This document shows, in pieces, positions 9,469 to 19,038 of a DNA stretch of 52,163 bases. This DNA comes from an uncultured Thermoplasmata archaeon. GTDB taxonomy: Archaea > Thermoplasmatota > Thermoplasmata > Halarchaeoplasmatales > Halarchaeoplasmataceae. The DNA lies in NCBI GenBank assembly GCA_964398905.1, contig CAYNOV010000001.1, forward strand, positions 1-52,163. Reading direction: 5' to 3'. The notes below the pieces were generated by a model, which saw only the letters and a list, made by a program, of their open reading frames with translations, did no database searches and was not told where the DNA came from. Each line of letters begins with the position of its first letter. Within the stretch, counting starts at the first letter, position 1. The translations under genes were made by a program, and so were the position numbers.

Positions 9469-10827
9469 CTAATCCCCGCTGGAATGAACACTCTCTCCAA
9501 AAACGTTCTCTGCAGCTTCTTTTATCGCTTCAGAATACGTAGGATGTGGATGTATCAATCCTCCAAGTTCCTCAGCTGTCATATCCATTTCCATTGCTGC
9601 AACTGCTTCCATGATTATATCGGTAGCTCCTGGACAAGCAAGGTGAACTCCGATCATTTTTCCATCATCACGTGCTATTACCTTGGCTAACCCCATCCTT
9701 TCTCCTGTGGAGGAACCTCTACCTGTAGCAGATATAGGATACTTACCAACTTTTATATCATATCTCTCTCTAGCCTCACTTTCGGTCAAACCAATACTTG
9801 CCATCTCAGGATGAGTATATATGCCCGCAGGCACCATCTCTGGTTCAAAACCTTCGGTTTCTTCACCCAACATATCTTTCACTGCGATCTCAGCTTGTTT
9901 GAAGGCAGAATGAGCCAGCATGGATTTACCATTCACATCTCCGATAGCATATATATCTTTGAAACTAGTCCTCATCTTTTCATCTACCTCGATATGTCCG
10001 TCCTCTTCAGCAAGCTCTATCTCGCTGTTAGGTGGAGTAGGTTTCCTTCCAACTGCACATATCACTTTTTCCACCTCGAAAGTTCTCTCGGTTTCTCCCT
10101 CTATCTCTACTTTGAGGGCATCGTTCTTTTCTATATCAGTCACTTTAGAACCGGTGTAAAATTTCACTCTTTTCCTCTTCATCATCTGTTCAGCTACATC
10201 GCTCAGATCCTTATCCATATTAGGTAAAAGTCTATCCAATAATTCTACGATTGTGACTTCTACATCCAAAGCGGAGAAAACGTAAGCCATCTCCAAACCG
10301 ATATATCCGCCTCCGATGATCAAAAGAGAATCAGGAGTATCTTCAAGGGCTAATGCTTCTTTACTTGAAAGTACTCCATCGATCTCTTTGAAACCTGGTA
10401 AGAATATAGGCTCAGAACCGGTAGCCACTATCAAATGATCAGACTCTATAACTTCTCCATCGACTTTCACCTTCCCTTCACCTAGAACCTCGGCTTCACC
10501 TTCGACAACCTTGATATCGTTTTCTTCGAACAGCGATTCTATCGCTTTTCTAGAGACCTTTACAGCTCTCTCTTTCTTACTCATAACTTTTTGGAAATCT
10601 ACCCCGTCAAATTGGACTTGTATTCCCTCTCTTCTTGCACCTTTGATACTATCTATCTTTTCAGCAGTCGATAAAAGAGCCTTCGATGGTATACATCCGT
10701 GATTGGTACATACTCCTCCGATGGTACTTTTTTCGATAACAGTCACATCAAATCCTTTTTTAGATGCTAAAACCGCGGCAACATAACCTCCAGGGCCGCT
10801 TCCTATAACAGTCAATTCTTTCGACAT
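9469..10827 (-). CDS. lpdA: Dihydrolipoyl dehydrogenase (E3; FAD-dependent pyridine nucleotide-disulfide oxidoreductase)
   Basis: FAD-binding VIGSGPGGYVAA. Redox-active disulfide GGVCTNHGCIPSKALL. NAD-binding LLIIGGGYIGLEMA. C-terminal dimerisation motif HPHPTYSEA. Confidence 0.85.
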   Translation of the reverse strand: MSKELTVIGSGPGGYVAAVLASKKGFDVTVIEKSTIGGVCTNHGCIPSKALLSTAEKIDSIKGARREGIQVQFDGVDFQKVMSKKERAVKVSRKAIESLFEENDIKVVEGEAEVLGEGKVKVDGEVIESDHLIVATGSEPIFLPGFKEIDGVLSSKEALALEDTPDSLLIIGGGYIGLEMAYVFSALDVEVTIVELLDRLLPNMDKDLSDVAEQMMKRKRVKFYTGSKVTDIEKNDALKVEIEGETERTFEVEKVICAVGRKPTPPNSEIELAEEDGHIEVDEKMRTSFKDIYAIGDVNGKSMLAHSAFKQAEIAVKDMLGEETEGFEPEMVPAGIYTHPEMASIGLTESEARERYDIKVGKYPISATGRGSSTGERMGLAKVIARDDGKMIGVHLACPGATDIIMEAVAAMEMDMTAEELGGLIHPHPTYSEAIKEAAENVFGESVHSSGD

Positions 10828-10973
10828 GATATCGCTCGCTTTATGCCTTTCGAGATATTTATAGAGTTTGGTAGTTGTATTTCTTCGGTATACAGTCAGC
10901 TATAATCCATAAATATTAATAATAGTTCGTTAATTACGTGAACGATGAGAATTATAAATGAGGCGATGGAACC

Positions 10974-12065
10974 ATGGAATCATTAGTGGATGAAGCTCTT
11001 TCTAGCGAAGAAGAAGTTAAAAATGAAGGATATCAAGATACAGAAACTGATGAGGAATTAAAGGAGGTACTCGAGTCTCTAAAAACGAATATCCATATCG
11101 TGGGTCTTGGGGGTGCCGGATGTAACACCATAAATAGGATCTCGGAAGAAGGCATCCACGGGGCAGAATTGATCGCAGGCAATACTGATGCTCAAGATCT
11201 ACTCACTGTCAGAGCCAATAGAAAAGTCCTTATGGGGAGAAATCTCACCAAAGGACTCGGGGCTGGAGCAAAACCCCAGATCGGCGAGAAGGCAGCCAAA
11301 GAGTCGATAGAAAAATATAAAGAGATATTGAAAGATTCAGACATCGTCTTTTTAACCTGTGGACTCGGAGGTGGAACAGGAACAGGATCTGTTTCACCGG
11401 TAGCAAGGGTCGCGAAGGATGAAGGAGCATTGACAATAGCTATACTCACAAAGCCTTTTGAGGCTGAAGGTAAATCAAGGATGAAGAACGCTCAATGGGG
11501 TATCAAAAGGATACGCAACGTCGCTGACACCGTTATAGTCATCCCAAATGATAAACTATTGGAATTAGTTCCTAGATTACCGATCAATAAAGCTTTCAAA
11601 GTAGCTGATGAAGTACTCATGAGAGCGATCAAGGGGATGACTGAAATAATCACTAAACCCGGATTGGTCAATCTAGATTACAACGACCTCAGAACTATAA
11701 TGGAAAGTGCCGGTCAGGCGATGATAGGCATGGGCGAATCATCGGCCGGCGGCGACAAAAGAGCCGAAGAGGCCATCGATGAAGCTATCAACTCACCACT
11801 TTTGGATGTGAACATGTCGGGTGCTTCAGGTGTACTCATAAACGTTACCGGACCTGAGGACATGAGCGTCCATGAAGCTGAGATGGTGGCGGAAAGTGTT
11901 GAGAGAAAGGCAGGAAAAGGCGCCAATATCATATGGGGTGCTAGTGTTGACCCGACTCTAGAAGACACGATAAAAGTGATGATAGTCGCTACAGGCGTTG
12001 AATCTAAACAGATACTCGGTGCTGAGAAAACTACGGGAAAAGAAGGTATCGAAGAAGTAGCGTAA
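10974..12065 (+). CDS. ftsZ: Cell division GTPase FtsZ
   Basis: [14 protein letters not shown]; tubulin signature [14 protein letters not shown]; [10 protein letters not shown]. Confidence 0.95.
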   Translation: MESLVDEALSSEEEVKNEGYQDTETDEELKEVLESLKTNIHIVGLGGAGCNTINRISEEGIHGAELIAGNTDAQDLLTVRANRKVLMGRNLTKGLGAGAKPQIGEKAAKESIEKYKEILKDSDIVFLTCGLGGGTGTGSVSPVARVAKDEGALTIAILTKPFEAEGKSRMKNAQWGIKRIRNVADTVIVIPNDKLLELVPRLPINKAFKVADEVLMRAIKGMTEIITKPGLVNLDYNDLRTIMESAGQAMIGMGESSAGGDKRAEEAIDEAINSPLLDVNMSGASGVLINVTGPEDMSVHEAEMVAESVERKAGKGANIIWGASVDPTLEDTIKVMIVATGVESKQILGAEKTTGKEGIEEVA

Positions 12066-12076
12066 AAATCCAATTA

Positions 12077-12949
12077 TTATCTTATTTCTTTTTTTTTCTC
12101 TCTTTCGCCTATCAACTCATATATCAGCCTAGCTGCTAAGTTAGACGTGATCCCTCCATGATCATATTTGGGATTTACCTCTACGATATCCATTCCAACC
12201 AATGAAGGTGCGAGTATCGACAAAAGTTCTTTTAAGGTCCTTGGAAAAAGTCCAAATGGTTCGGGATTGCCTACCCCTGGCGCGAATGCCGGATCTACCA
12301 CATCCATGTCAACAGAAAGGTATGTAGGTCCTTGAATGTTGTCGAAAATGATTTTTGAGATATCTCCTTTCTCTTGAATCTCTTCCTCAGTACGTTTAGA
12401 AGTCAAAAAATGAGGTTTTTCGATATTTCTAGTACTGCTCGCCATAGATCTAATTCCCAAAACAAGAACGTTCTCTAAACCTACACTTTCCGTAATCCTT
12501 CTTGTAACAGATGCATGACTATGTTCTAGCCCTTCATAAGAATCTCTAAAATCTAGATGTGCATCCATGATGACTACGTTAAGATCGGGATGCTTATTTT
12601 TGAGACTCGAAACTATCGGAGCGGAGATAGAATGTTCTCCTCCCAGAAATATCGGAAATTTTTCTTCTTTAACGATATCTGAACCAAGTTTTTCGATATC
12701 CTCACTTAATTGTTCAAAATCATCCAGATTAGAAATATTTCCGATATCGCAGAGATCGATATCATCCAAAAGGACTCCTTGCTCCATGAGATAGGGCTCA
12801 AAACAGTAAGATGCATCTCTTATCTCATCAGGTCCTTTCCAAGAACCTGTCCTGAAAGATGAAGTCTTATCGAACGGGATCCCTGCTATGATGTAAGCAG
12901 ATCTTTCAAACTCTGAGTTAAAACCAGCAAATGGCCTGCCTTCATTCAT
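12077..12949 (-). CDS. speB: Agmatinase (arginase/ureohydrolase family)
   Basis: Mn-binding motifs GGEHSIS, VIMDAHLDFRD, SVDMDVVDPAFAPGVGNPEPFG. Its start overlaps the stop of the upstream aIF5A gene by 4 nt. Confidence 0.85.
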   Translation of the reverse strand: MNEGRPFAGFNSEFERSAYIIAGIPFDKTSSFRTGSWKGPDEIRDASYCFEPYLMEQGVLLDDIDLCDIGNISNLDDFEQLSEDIEKLGSDIVKEEKFPIFLGGEHSISAPIVSSLKNKHPDLNVVIMDAHLDFRDSYEGLEHSHASVTRRITESVGLENVLVLGIRSMASSTRNIEKPHFLTSKRTEEEIQEKGDISKIIFDNIQGPTYLSVDMDVVDPAFAPGVGNPEPFGLFPRTLKELLSILAPSLVGMDIVEVNPKYDHGGITSNLAARLIYELIGEREKKKEIR

Positions 12950-13341
12950 GTCTGGATTATTTTTTTACGTCCCATAGCTTCTAGATATCTTATGTTCTGT
13001 CCCTGTTCGATCTCTTCATATGTGGCTTCATCAACATTTATCTGGAAAGTGTCATATGACTCCAGATCCATTATGTTGACCTCTCCACTAGATTTGTTGA
13101 CTACCTGACCTTTTCGCCTGTCGATTATAGGCACTCTGACTTTCGTTGTAACCGGGTTCAACATGCTGTGTTTTTTATTATCAAAGATGCCTTTTGCTTC
13201 TATTCTAGCTTTAGCTTCTCCGTGTTTCCCTGGCTTTGAGGTGTCTATACTTTTGATCTCGCAGGGTTCATCATCGATTATTATATACTGATTTTCCTTT
13301 AGATTCCTTATCTCGGCCTGTTCCCAATCCATGGGTATCAA
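12946..13341 (-). CDS. eif5a: Translation initiation factor 5A (aIF5A)
   Basis: 131 aa. Hypusination loop TSKPGKHGEAKARIEA. Confidence 0.9.
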   Translation of the reverse strand: MIPMDWEQAEIRNLKENQYIIIDDEPCEIKSIDTSKPGKHGEAKARIEAKGIFDNKKHSMLNPVTTKVRVPIIDRRKGQVVNKSSGEVNIMDLESYDTFQINVDEATYEEIEQGQNIRYLEAMGRKKIIQT

Positions 13342-13386
13342 GCTGGATTTAAGAGCTTATACATTAAAAATGTTTAGGTTTGAGGT

Positions 13387-15210
13387 TCAGATCTTGTCCG
13401 CTTTTTCTGCGAGTTCTTCCATCTGATCGACTTTTTCTTCTAGAACGCTGATACCTCTCTCCCAAAAGTCAGGATCTGTTATGTCGATACCTATCTTTTT
13501 CAGTAGATCTTTTGGATCTTCAGAGCCTCCTGCTTCGAGAAGTTCTATGTATTGAGGTACGAACTCGTCACCTTTCTCTTGATATAGGTCATAAAGGGCA
13601 AGAACGAGCAATTCTCCGAAAGCATAGGCGTAACAGTAGAAGGGATAATGGACAAAGTGAAGTACATAACTCCACCACCAACCGTACTCGTCTCGCAACT
13701 CGACAGAATCGCCGAATTCTTTTCTGTTCGCTTCTAACCACAGTTCGTTTATATCCTCAGTTTTCAGTTCTCCTTTCTCTTTATGTGCCTTATGAAGTTC
13801 CTGCTCAAATCTGGTCATTATAACTTGTCTGAAAACGGTAGCGAAGTCTCTCTGAAGTTTGTTACCGATCAAAGCTAGCTTGGTCTCTTCGTCATCAACT
13901 TCGTTCATCAATTTGTCGAACAGCAACATCTCGCCGAACACGCTAGCCATCTCAGCAGTCGTCAATGGAGTACTTTGTTGTAAAGCGCCCTGTTCTCTAG
14001 CTAAATATTGGTGTACACCATGACCCAATTCATGGGCTAGAGTGATCATATCACTAGTTTTATCTGAGAAATTTAACATAATATACGGATGGACTGAAGG
14101 AACAGTACTAGCGCTGAAAGCGCCTCCTCTTTTGCCTTCTTTTATCTCCGCATCGATCCAATCATACTCGAAAAATTTCTCAGCTATATCCTTCATCTTA
14201 GGTGAGAACCTTTCATATGCATCTAAGACTTCCTCTCGGCTCTCTTCAAAGTCAGTTTCAGGCACTCCTCCAGGAAGGGGATCATATCTATCATAATCGT
14301 ATAGATTGTCATAATCCCCTATCTCTTTCTTGAGCTCGTAAAAACGCTCTACGATATGAGTATTCTCTTCTACCGTCTCCATCAGAGCATCTACGGTCTC
14401 CCTATCGACTCTATTGTCAAGATTTCGAGGCTTCATCGGGTCTGGATAATCACGGAAATTACATATCGTAGTGTGGTTCTGTACGATATTGTTGAATATA
14501 AAATTCAAAAGTTTGTTCTCTTCCTGTAAAGCTTCAGTTACAGCGTCAGAGGCGGCTTTCCTTTTTTCTCTATCCTCTTCATAAAGTACAGAAAGTGCTT
14601 GATCCAATACCATCTCGTAACTTTCTCCATCCACTTCGAAGTCAACCGTTATATCACCGATTGTTTGATCGAATAATCTCTTAAATGCCTCTTTTCCTGT
14701 GTTCTGCAGAGATTCTATTATTTGTTCCTCGTACTCAGAAAGCATATAAGGAGTATATCTTCTCCAATTGTTCAGGAAACTTTTGTAATGTTCTAATTCA
14801 TCACTTTCCATGTACCTTTCGGCTTCTTCGTCTGAGAGCGACTGCCATTCGAGTTCAAAGAAGATCAGCTTGTTGTTCACTTCGCTTTTCTTCTGTTCAG
14901 ATCTTTGTAGTAGTGCACCTCTATCCGGATCTTGGGTATCCATAGCATGGTACAGTGAAGCGAACGAAGATATCTTGTTTATATTCTCATATATCTCTTC
15001 GTACTCTTCCATCGCCTCTCTGAGTTCTTTTGGTTCGAGCTCGGCATTTTCTATTTTACACTTGTATCTTTCTCTAAAATTTTCCGCCATCTCTATCGTG
15101 TTTTCTATATCATCATTTAGTTCAGGATCATCAGGTCCTTCATATAGATCTGATAAGTCCCACTCTACACCATCTGCGCTGGTCGATTGGGCCGGAGACA
15201 TCTTATTCAC
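13387..15210 (-). CDS. pepF: Oligoendopeptidase F (M3B zinc metallopeptidase)
   Basis: 607 aa. HExxH in TLAHELGHGVHQYL. Overall M3B-like length and layout. Confidence 0.85.
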   Translation of the reverse strand: MNKMSPAQSTSADGVEWDLSDLYEGPDDPELNDDIENTIEMAENFRERYKCKIENAELEPKELREAMEEYEEIYENINKISSFASLYHAMDTQDPDRGALLQRSEQKKSEVNNKLIFFELEWQSLSDEEAERYMESDELEHYKSFLNNWRRYTPYMLSEYEEQIIESLQNTGKEAFKRLFDQTIGDITVDFEVDGESYEMVLDQALSVLYEEDREKRKAASDAVTEALQEENKLLNFIFNNIVQNHTTICNFRDYPDPMKPRNLDNRVDRETVDALMETVEENTHIVERFYELKKEIGDYDNLYDYDRYDPLPGGVPETDFEESREEVLDAYERFSPKMKDIAEKFFEYDWIDAEIKEGKRGGAFSASTVPSVHPYIMLNFSDKTSDMITLAHELGHGVHQYLAREQGALQQSTPLTTAEMASVFGEMLLFDKLMNEVDDEETKLALIGNKLQRDFATVFRQVIMTRFEQELHKAHKEKGELKTEDINELWLEANRKEFGDSVELRDEYGWWWSYVLHFVHYPFYCYAYAFGELLVLALYDLYQEKGDEFVPQYIELLEAGGSEDPKDLLKKIGIDITDPDFWERGISVLEEKVDQMEELAEKADKI

Positions 15211-15374
15211 GAAATGCTATATACACTTGATAGAAATAAAGTTTATCGTGAAAGAATGAAATAGAAGGTCAAGGTTTATAATAAAAAAGAGATATGTATA
15301 TTTAGAAGATCTGAAAATGGATGTACTGTATAGTTGGATGTTTAAATTTGATAATCTTTATAGGTGGTTGAAGT

Positions 15375-16973
15375 ATGATAGAAGATGAATTCAATTACGG
15401 GGATGCATACTTACTTAAGACTGAAGATCAAAGATATCCTATCGAAATTTTCAAAAACTTGATACAGTCAGAACCTGGAATGTATATCACCAGTGAAGAA
15501 CCAAGCGACTTGAGTTATAGACACGATCTTCACGGTATCAGCTTTGTCTGGCTTTCAGATCAGGATCATCGATCGGCTATAGGTCCGGATGAGATCAATT
15601 TACTGGGTCTGGCCATAAAAAGGTTCATCTCTCAGAAAGAAGGTGTAGTGTTGTTTGACGGGTTGGATTATCTCTTAAAACATAATCCAGCTCACACGGT
15701 GGTAAAATTCATCAATTCTATTGAGAGGCAGATCGACAAACATTCTTCTTTGCTCTTATTGGTTCTTGACAGATCCAGGTTACAAAAGAAAGATATAGAC
15801 ATCCTTACAGAAAATTTAAGTTTTAAGATAAAACATTTAGGACCTAAAGCTCAAAGAAGGAAAGGCAAGATAGACACGGAAGATAGGAGTTTGGTCCTTG
15901 AGGTCAGGGAGATGATGGATTTCCTAGAAGAGCAAGAAAAAAATCTGATGGAAGATAAAAGCCACAAAAACCTTATGGATACGTTAAAAGATGAAGGCTC
16001 AAATATAAAAAGTGTTAAAAACGCCATAGAAGAACTTAGAGAAGAAAATAGAGCTTTAAAAAACGAGTTAAAAAAGATGAAAATCCAGGATAGAGAGAAA
16101 ATAGATGAAAAGAGTTCTATGGAAAGTAAAATAGTAGAAGATGTCAGGACAACTATAGATGACGAAAAGAAAGGTATCCAAGAGCAAGTTGAGAAGATAG
16201 GGAAGAGTAAAAAGAAGAAAACCAATGAGAAATATGAAAAAGAAAGTGCAAGTGATTTTATGGGCACCCTTCTAGATTTGAAGGAAGAAGTCAACTCGCT
16301 GAGAAAAGAAGTCAAAGAGATAAAGAGTAGTGATCCTCAGGTCGATGATATCACTGAGAAAGAAGTAAAAAAAGATGATCTTGAAGAAAAAGTCTTAGAA
16401 GAAGGTAAGTTCAAGGAAGATCTTGCTATTTCAGATGAAAGAGGATTGATCCAAGAAGAAGGCCGGTTAAAAATAAAGGCCGATTCTGTAGTCGATGACG
16501 ATATACTTTCTGAAAACGACATCGAGATCGGGCGCAGGGCTAATATAAAAGGGTCGATCGAATCTCAAAATGATGTAAAACTTGAAGAAAACGCCATAGT
16601 CGAAGGAAATATAGTTTCCAAAACTGGTGAGGTCAGGATAGGAGAAAACTGTGAAATAAAGGGTGAAATAATAGGAAATCGTATTGTTATCTCTTCAGGT
16701 AGTGAGGTCAAAGAAATAAAGGCAGAAAAAGAGGTGATACTCGAAAAAAATACCAGTGCATTAGAAGTATATTGTCAAGGTGATATAAAGATCTCAAAGG
16801 ACGTCTATATCGACAGAGACATATATTACGGAGGAAAACTTATCGTTGAGGGTTCAGACACCTCTATAAAAGAAAAAGCAAAACGTATAGAAGGGATAAA
16901 AAGGTCTGAAAAAGACCGCGATAAACAAGAAAGCATCGTTGAAGAAAGATGGGCCTCCGAAAAAAATAATTGA
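15375..16973 (+). CDS. DUF835-domain / coiled-coil / bactofilin-like beta-helix protein
   Basis: An AGGTGG Shine-Dalgarno lies before the ATG. The N-terminus parallels the DUF835 tail of ORF 5322..9371: GMYITSEEPSDL...FVWLSDQD...VVLFDGLDYLLKHNPAHTVVKFINSIE. The middle is a K/E heptad-rich segment. The C-terminus (about 16497..16859) has repetitive short beta-strand units: IEIGRRANIKGSIESQNDVKLEENAIVEGNIVSKTGEVRIGENCEIKGEIIGNRIVISSGSEV. Confidence 0.6.
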   Translation: MIEDEFNYGDAYLLKTEDQRYPIEIFKNLIQSEPGMYITSEEPSDLSYRHDLHGISFVWLSDQDHRSAIGPDEINLLGLAIKRFISQKEGVVLFDGLDYLLKHNPAHTVVKFINSIERQIDKHSSLLLLVLDRSRLQKKDIDILTENLSFKIKHLGPKAQRRKGKIDTEDRSLVLEVREMMDFLEEQEKNLMEDKSHKNLMDTLKDEGSNIKSVKNAIEELREENRALKNELKKMKIQDREKIDEKSSMESKIVEDVRTTIDDEKKGIQEQVEKIGKSKKKKTNEKYEKESASDFMGTLLDLKEEVNSLRKEVKEIKSSDPQVDDITEKEVKKDDLEEKVLEEGKFKEDLAISDERGLIQEEGRLKIKADSVVDDDILSENDIEIGRRANIKGSIESQNDVKLEENAIVEGNIVSKTGEVRIGENCEIKGEIIGNRIVISSGSEVKEIKAEKEVILEKNTSALEVYCQGDIKISKDVYIDRDIYYGGKLIVEGSDTSIKEKAKRIEGIKRSEKDRDKQESIVEERWASEKNN

Positions 16974-16985
16974 CCTAACTACAAT

Positions 16986-17837
16986 TCATTTTTCCTCTAA
17001 CCTTTCGATAAATGAAAGCGTATTTTCTATGCGTTCATCAGTAAAACCGATCAAAGGCCGGACGACCATCATATCTACGTCGATGGGAGAATAATCCTCC
17101 AAAGTTTCACCCAAGACCAAAGCTTTTATGTGTTCTGGGAAATCTATGGATGAAATATCTTCAGCATATTCTAACTCTTTCAAACTTACATCCCATCTTC
17201 TCAAACGCTCTACCGACTCTCGATTTTTAGAGATTACGTAAAGTCGTGCTCCTCTACGCATCATCAGCCAAGCTGAAAGAAAATCTAGCTCATCTTCAAC
17301 GACTGCGGCGACTTTTCCCTGAGAACCAACAGGTAAACCCCCGGGAGCCTCTTGGATATCTGTAAATACATACGTATCTGAATGTCTTATCTCTATGTGA
17401 AACTCTTCTTCAGGTCGGTCTAGATCTACCGTTAACTCAGGATTCGCCTCAAGGACCGCTTCTCCTACTTTAGCTTCCACTTCTTGACTTCCAAATTCAT
17501 GTTCGCCCACTCTTCTTGCCCTCACAGCGAAGGTCCCGGAGATGTTTTCTGCAAATTTTCTCGCTCTTTTTATCATCTCATCTAAATCGGTGGTAAATGA
17601 CTCTGCCTCGCTGTAGGAAACGAGACCGAACGTCCTAGAAAAGAGGTAAGAGTTTTTTGGGTCGGTATGTGCGAATATCCTTCCCATTCCTTTTTTCTCA
17701 GTTATCAACTCTTCTCCTTCGTTCAAAAAGGTCCTTTCCATGTTTTGAATGAGAATATCTTCGAAGTGTTTTCTTATGTTGGAACTTTTAGTTCCGATCT
17801 CGCCGTATCTTAAAAGAAAAAGACTCAAGTCTGACAT
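16986..17837 (-). CDS. ThiI-like THUMP-domain protein with degenerate/truncated PP-loop domain
   Basis: ThiI-type N-terminus LFLLRYGEIGTKSSNIRKHFEDIL. Where ThiI has G-K-v-l-v-L-SGGxDS, this ORF has GKVAAVVEDELDFLSAWLMMRRG. The tail VVRPLIGFTDERI resembles ThiI RPLIGxDKxEI. Only 283 aa. Confidence 0.6.
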   Translation of the reverse strand: MSDLSLFLLRYGEIGTKSSNIRKHFEDILIQNMERTFLNEGEELITEKKGMGRIFAHTDPKNSYLFSRTFGLVSYSEAESFTTDLDEMIKRARKFAENISGTFAVRARRVGEHEFGSQEVEAKVGEAVLEANPELTVDLDRPEEEFHIEIRHSDTYVFTDIQEAPGGLPVGSQGKVAAVVEDELDFLSAWLMMRRGARLYVISKNRESVERLRRWDVSLKELEYAEDISSIDFPEHIKALVLGETLEDYSPIDVDMMVVRPLIGFTDERIENTLSFIERLEEK

Positions 17838-17841
17838 AAAA

Positions 17842-18375
17842 CTATCTTTCCCACCGACCTCTATGGGTCAATTCATCGGCGTTCATCTTGTCAGGTTCTT
17901 CTGGAACGTTAGACGGATATCCTATCGGTATCATCGCCACAGGTCTAACACCTTCTGGTATATCCAATTGATCAACTACTTTTTCTTCATCGAAAGCGCC
18001 TATCCAAACAGCACCATAACCTTTATCCACTACGGCTAAAAGCATGTTTTCTACAGCGGCGGTCGCATCTTGAACCGAATAGAGTTCTCTACCTCTATCT
18101 CCGTATCTCTCGGCTGATCTTTCTTTGTTTGCACAAACAACAACGATCCATGATGCCTCCGCTATGAAAGACTGTCCATAGGCATTTTCGACCAATCTAT
18201 CCTTCTCTTCTTCGTCTTTTATGATAATGAAATCCCTAGCTTGTCGATTCCCTGCAGATGGTGCCATATGGCCTATCTCGATTATCTCCTCTATTTCATC
18301 TTCAGGGATCTCTTTATTTTCGAAAGATCTCACACTTCTCCTGCTCTCAACGACTTTCATGAAATCCATGATCAT
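17842..18375 (-). CDS. Nitroreductase-family flavoprotein
   Basis: VVESRRSVRSF and HMAPSAGNRQA motifs. I prefer the ATG at 18375 because it forms an ATGA overlap with the flavodoxin stop. The track start at 18417 would overlap the upstream gene by 46 nt. Confidence 0.8.
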   Translation of the reverse strand: MIMDFMKVVESRRSVRSFENKEIPEDEIEEIIEIGHMAPSAGNRQARDFIIIKDEEEKDRLVENAYGQSFIAEASWIVVVCANKERSAERYGDRGRELYSVQDATAAVENMLLAVVDKGYGAVWIGAFDEEKVVDQLDIPEGVRPVAMIPIGYPSNVPEEPDKMNADELTHRGRWER

Positions 18376-18863
18376 CCCTCCGTTCCTGCGATCTTTTCGG
18401 TGAACTCGGCCATCCATCTACCGTAATACTTACACTGTTTCAATTCATCTTCATCCGGTTCACCAACTACTACTGGCCCGTAATGGTCTCCTTTCGGCAT
18501 ACCTTTTACGATCATACCGTGGATCAGAAGTGCTTCTACAAGTGAAATTATTGTAGTTTCGTTTCCTCCAGCAGTATTAGCGCTTGAGGAAAATGCCCCG
18601 CCTATCATGCCATCAAGGTCCCCGTGATGTTTAATACTCTCGTCGAGGAACTTTTTCATTTCACCAGATGGCAATCCATAATATGTTGGGGAACCAAGAA
18701 TCAAGGAATCGTATTCAGGTAGCGCATCTATCTCTACTTCTTTAACCTTTTTCAGCTCAATGTCTATATCACTGCCGCTTTCTTTTGCTCCTTCACATAT
18801 TTCTTCCGCCATCTTTTCAGTAGTTCCAGTCTCTGAATAATAACATATAAGCATCTTTGTCAT
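18372..18863 (-). CDS. Flavodoxin-like protein (WrbA/multimeric flavodoxin type)
   Basis: MLICYYSETGTTEKMAEEI FMN-binding N-terminus. LILGSPTYYGLPSGEMKKFLD. Confidence 0.8.
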   Translation of the reverse strand: MTKMLICYYSETGTTEKMAEEICEGAKESGSDIDIELKKVKEVEIDALPEYDSLILGSPTYYGLPSGEMKKFLDESIKHHGDLDGMIGGAFSSSANTAGGNETTIISLVEALLIHGMIVKGMPKGDHYGPVVVGEPDEDELKQCKYYGRWMAEFTEKIAGTEG

Positions 18864-19038
18864 GGTATCATATCAGGATGATTTTTTTTCATTTAATAAG
18901 TTTCGGTGAAACGATGACAAAGGAGAACATTAAAAAACTCAAGATTAAATTACTTTATTTGTTAAAAAATCACAAAAGTTATGTAATATGAGCTAATTCA
19001 ATAATTTGAAATAAAACAATTAATCCAAAGGTGGAATT

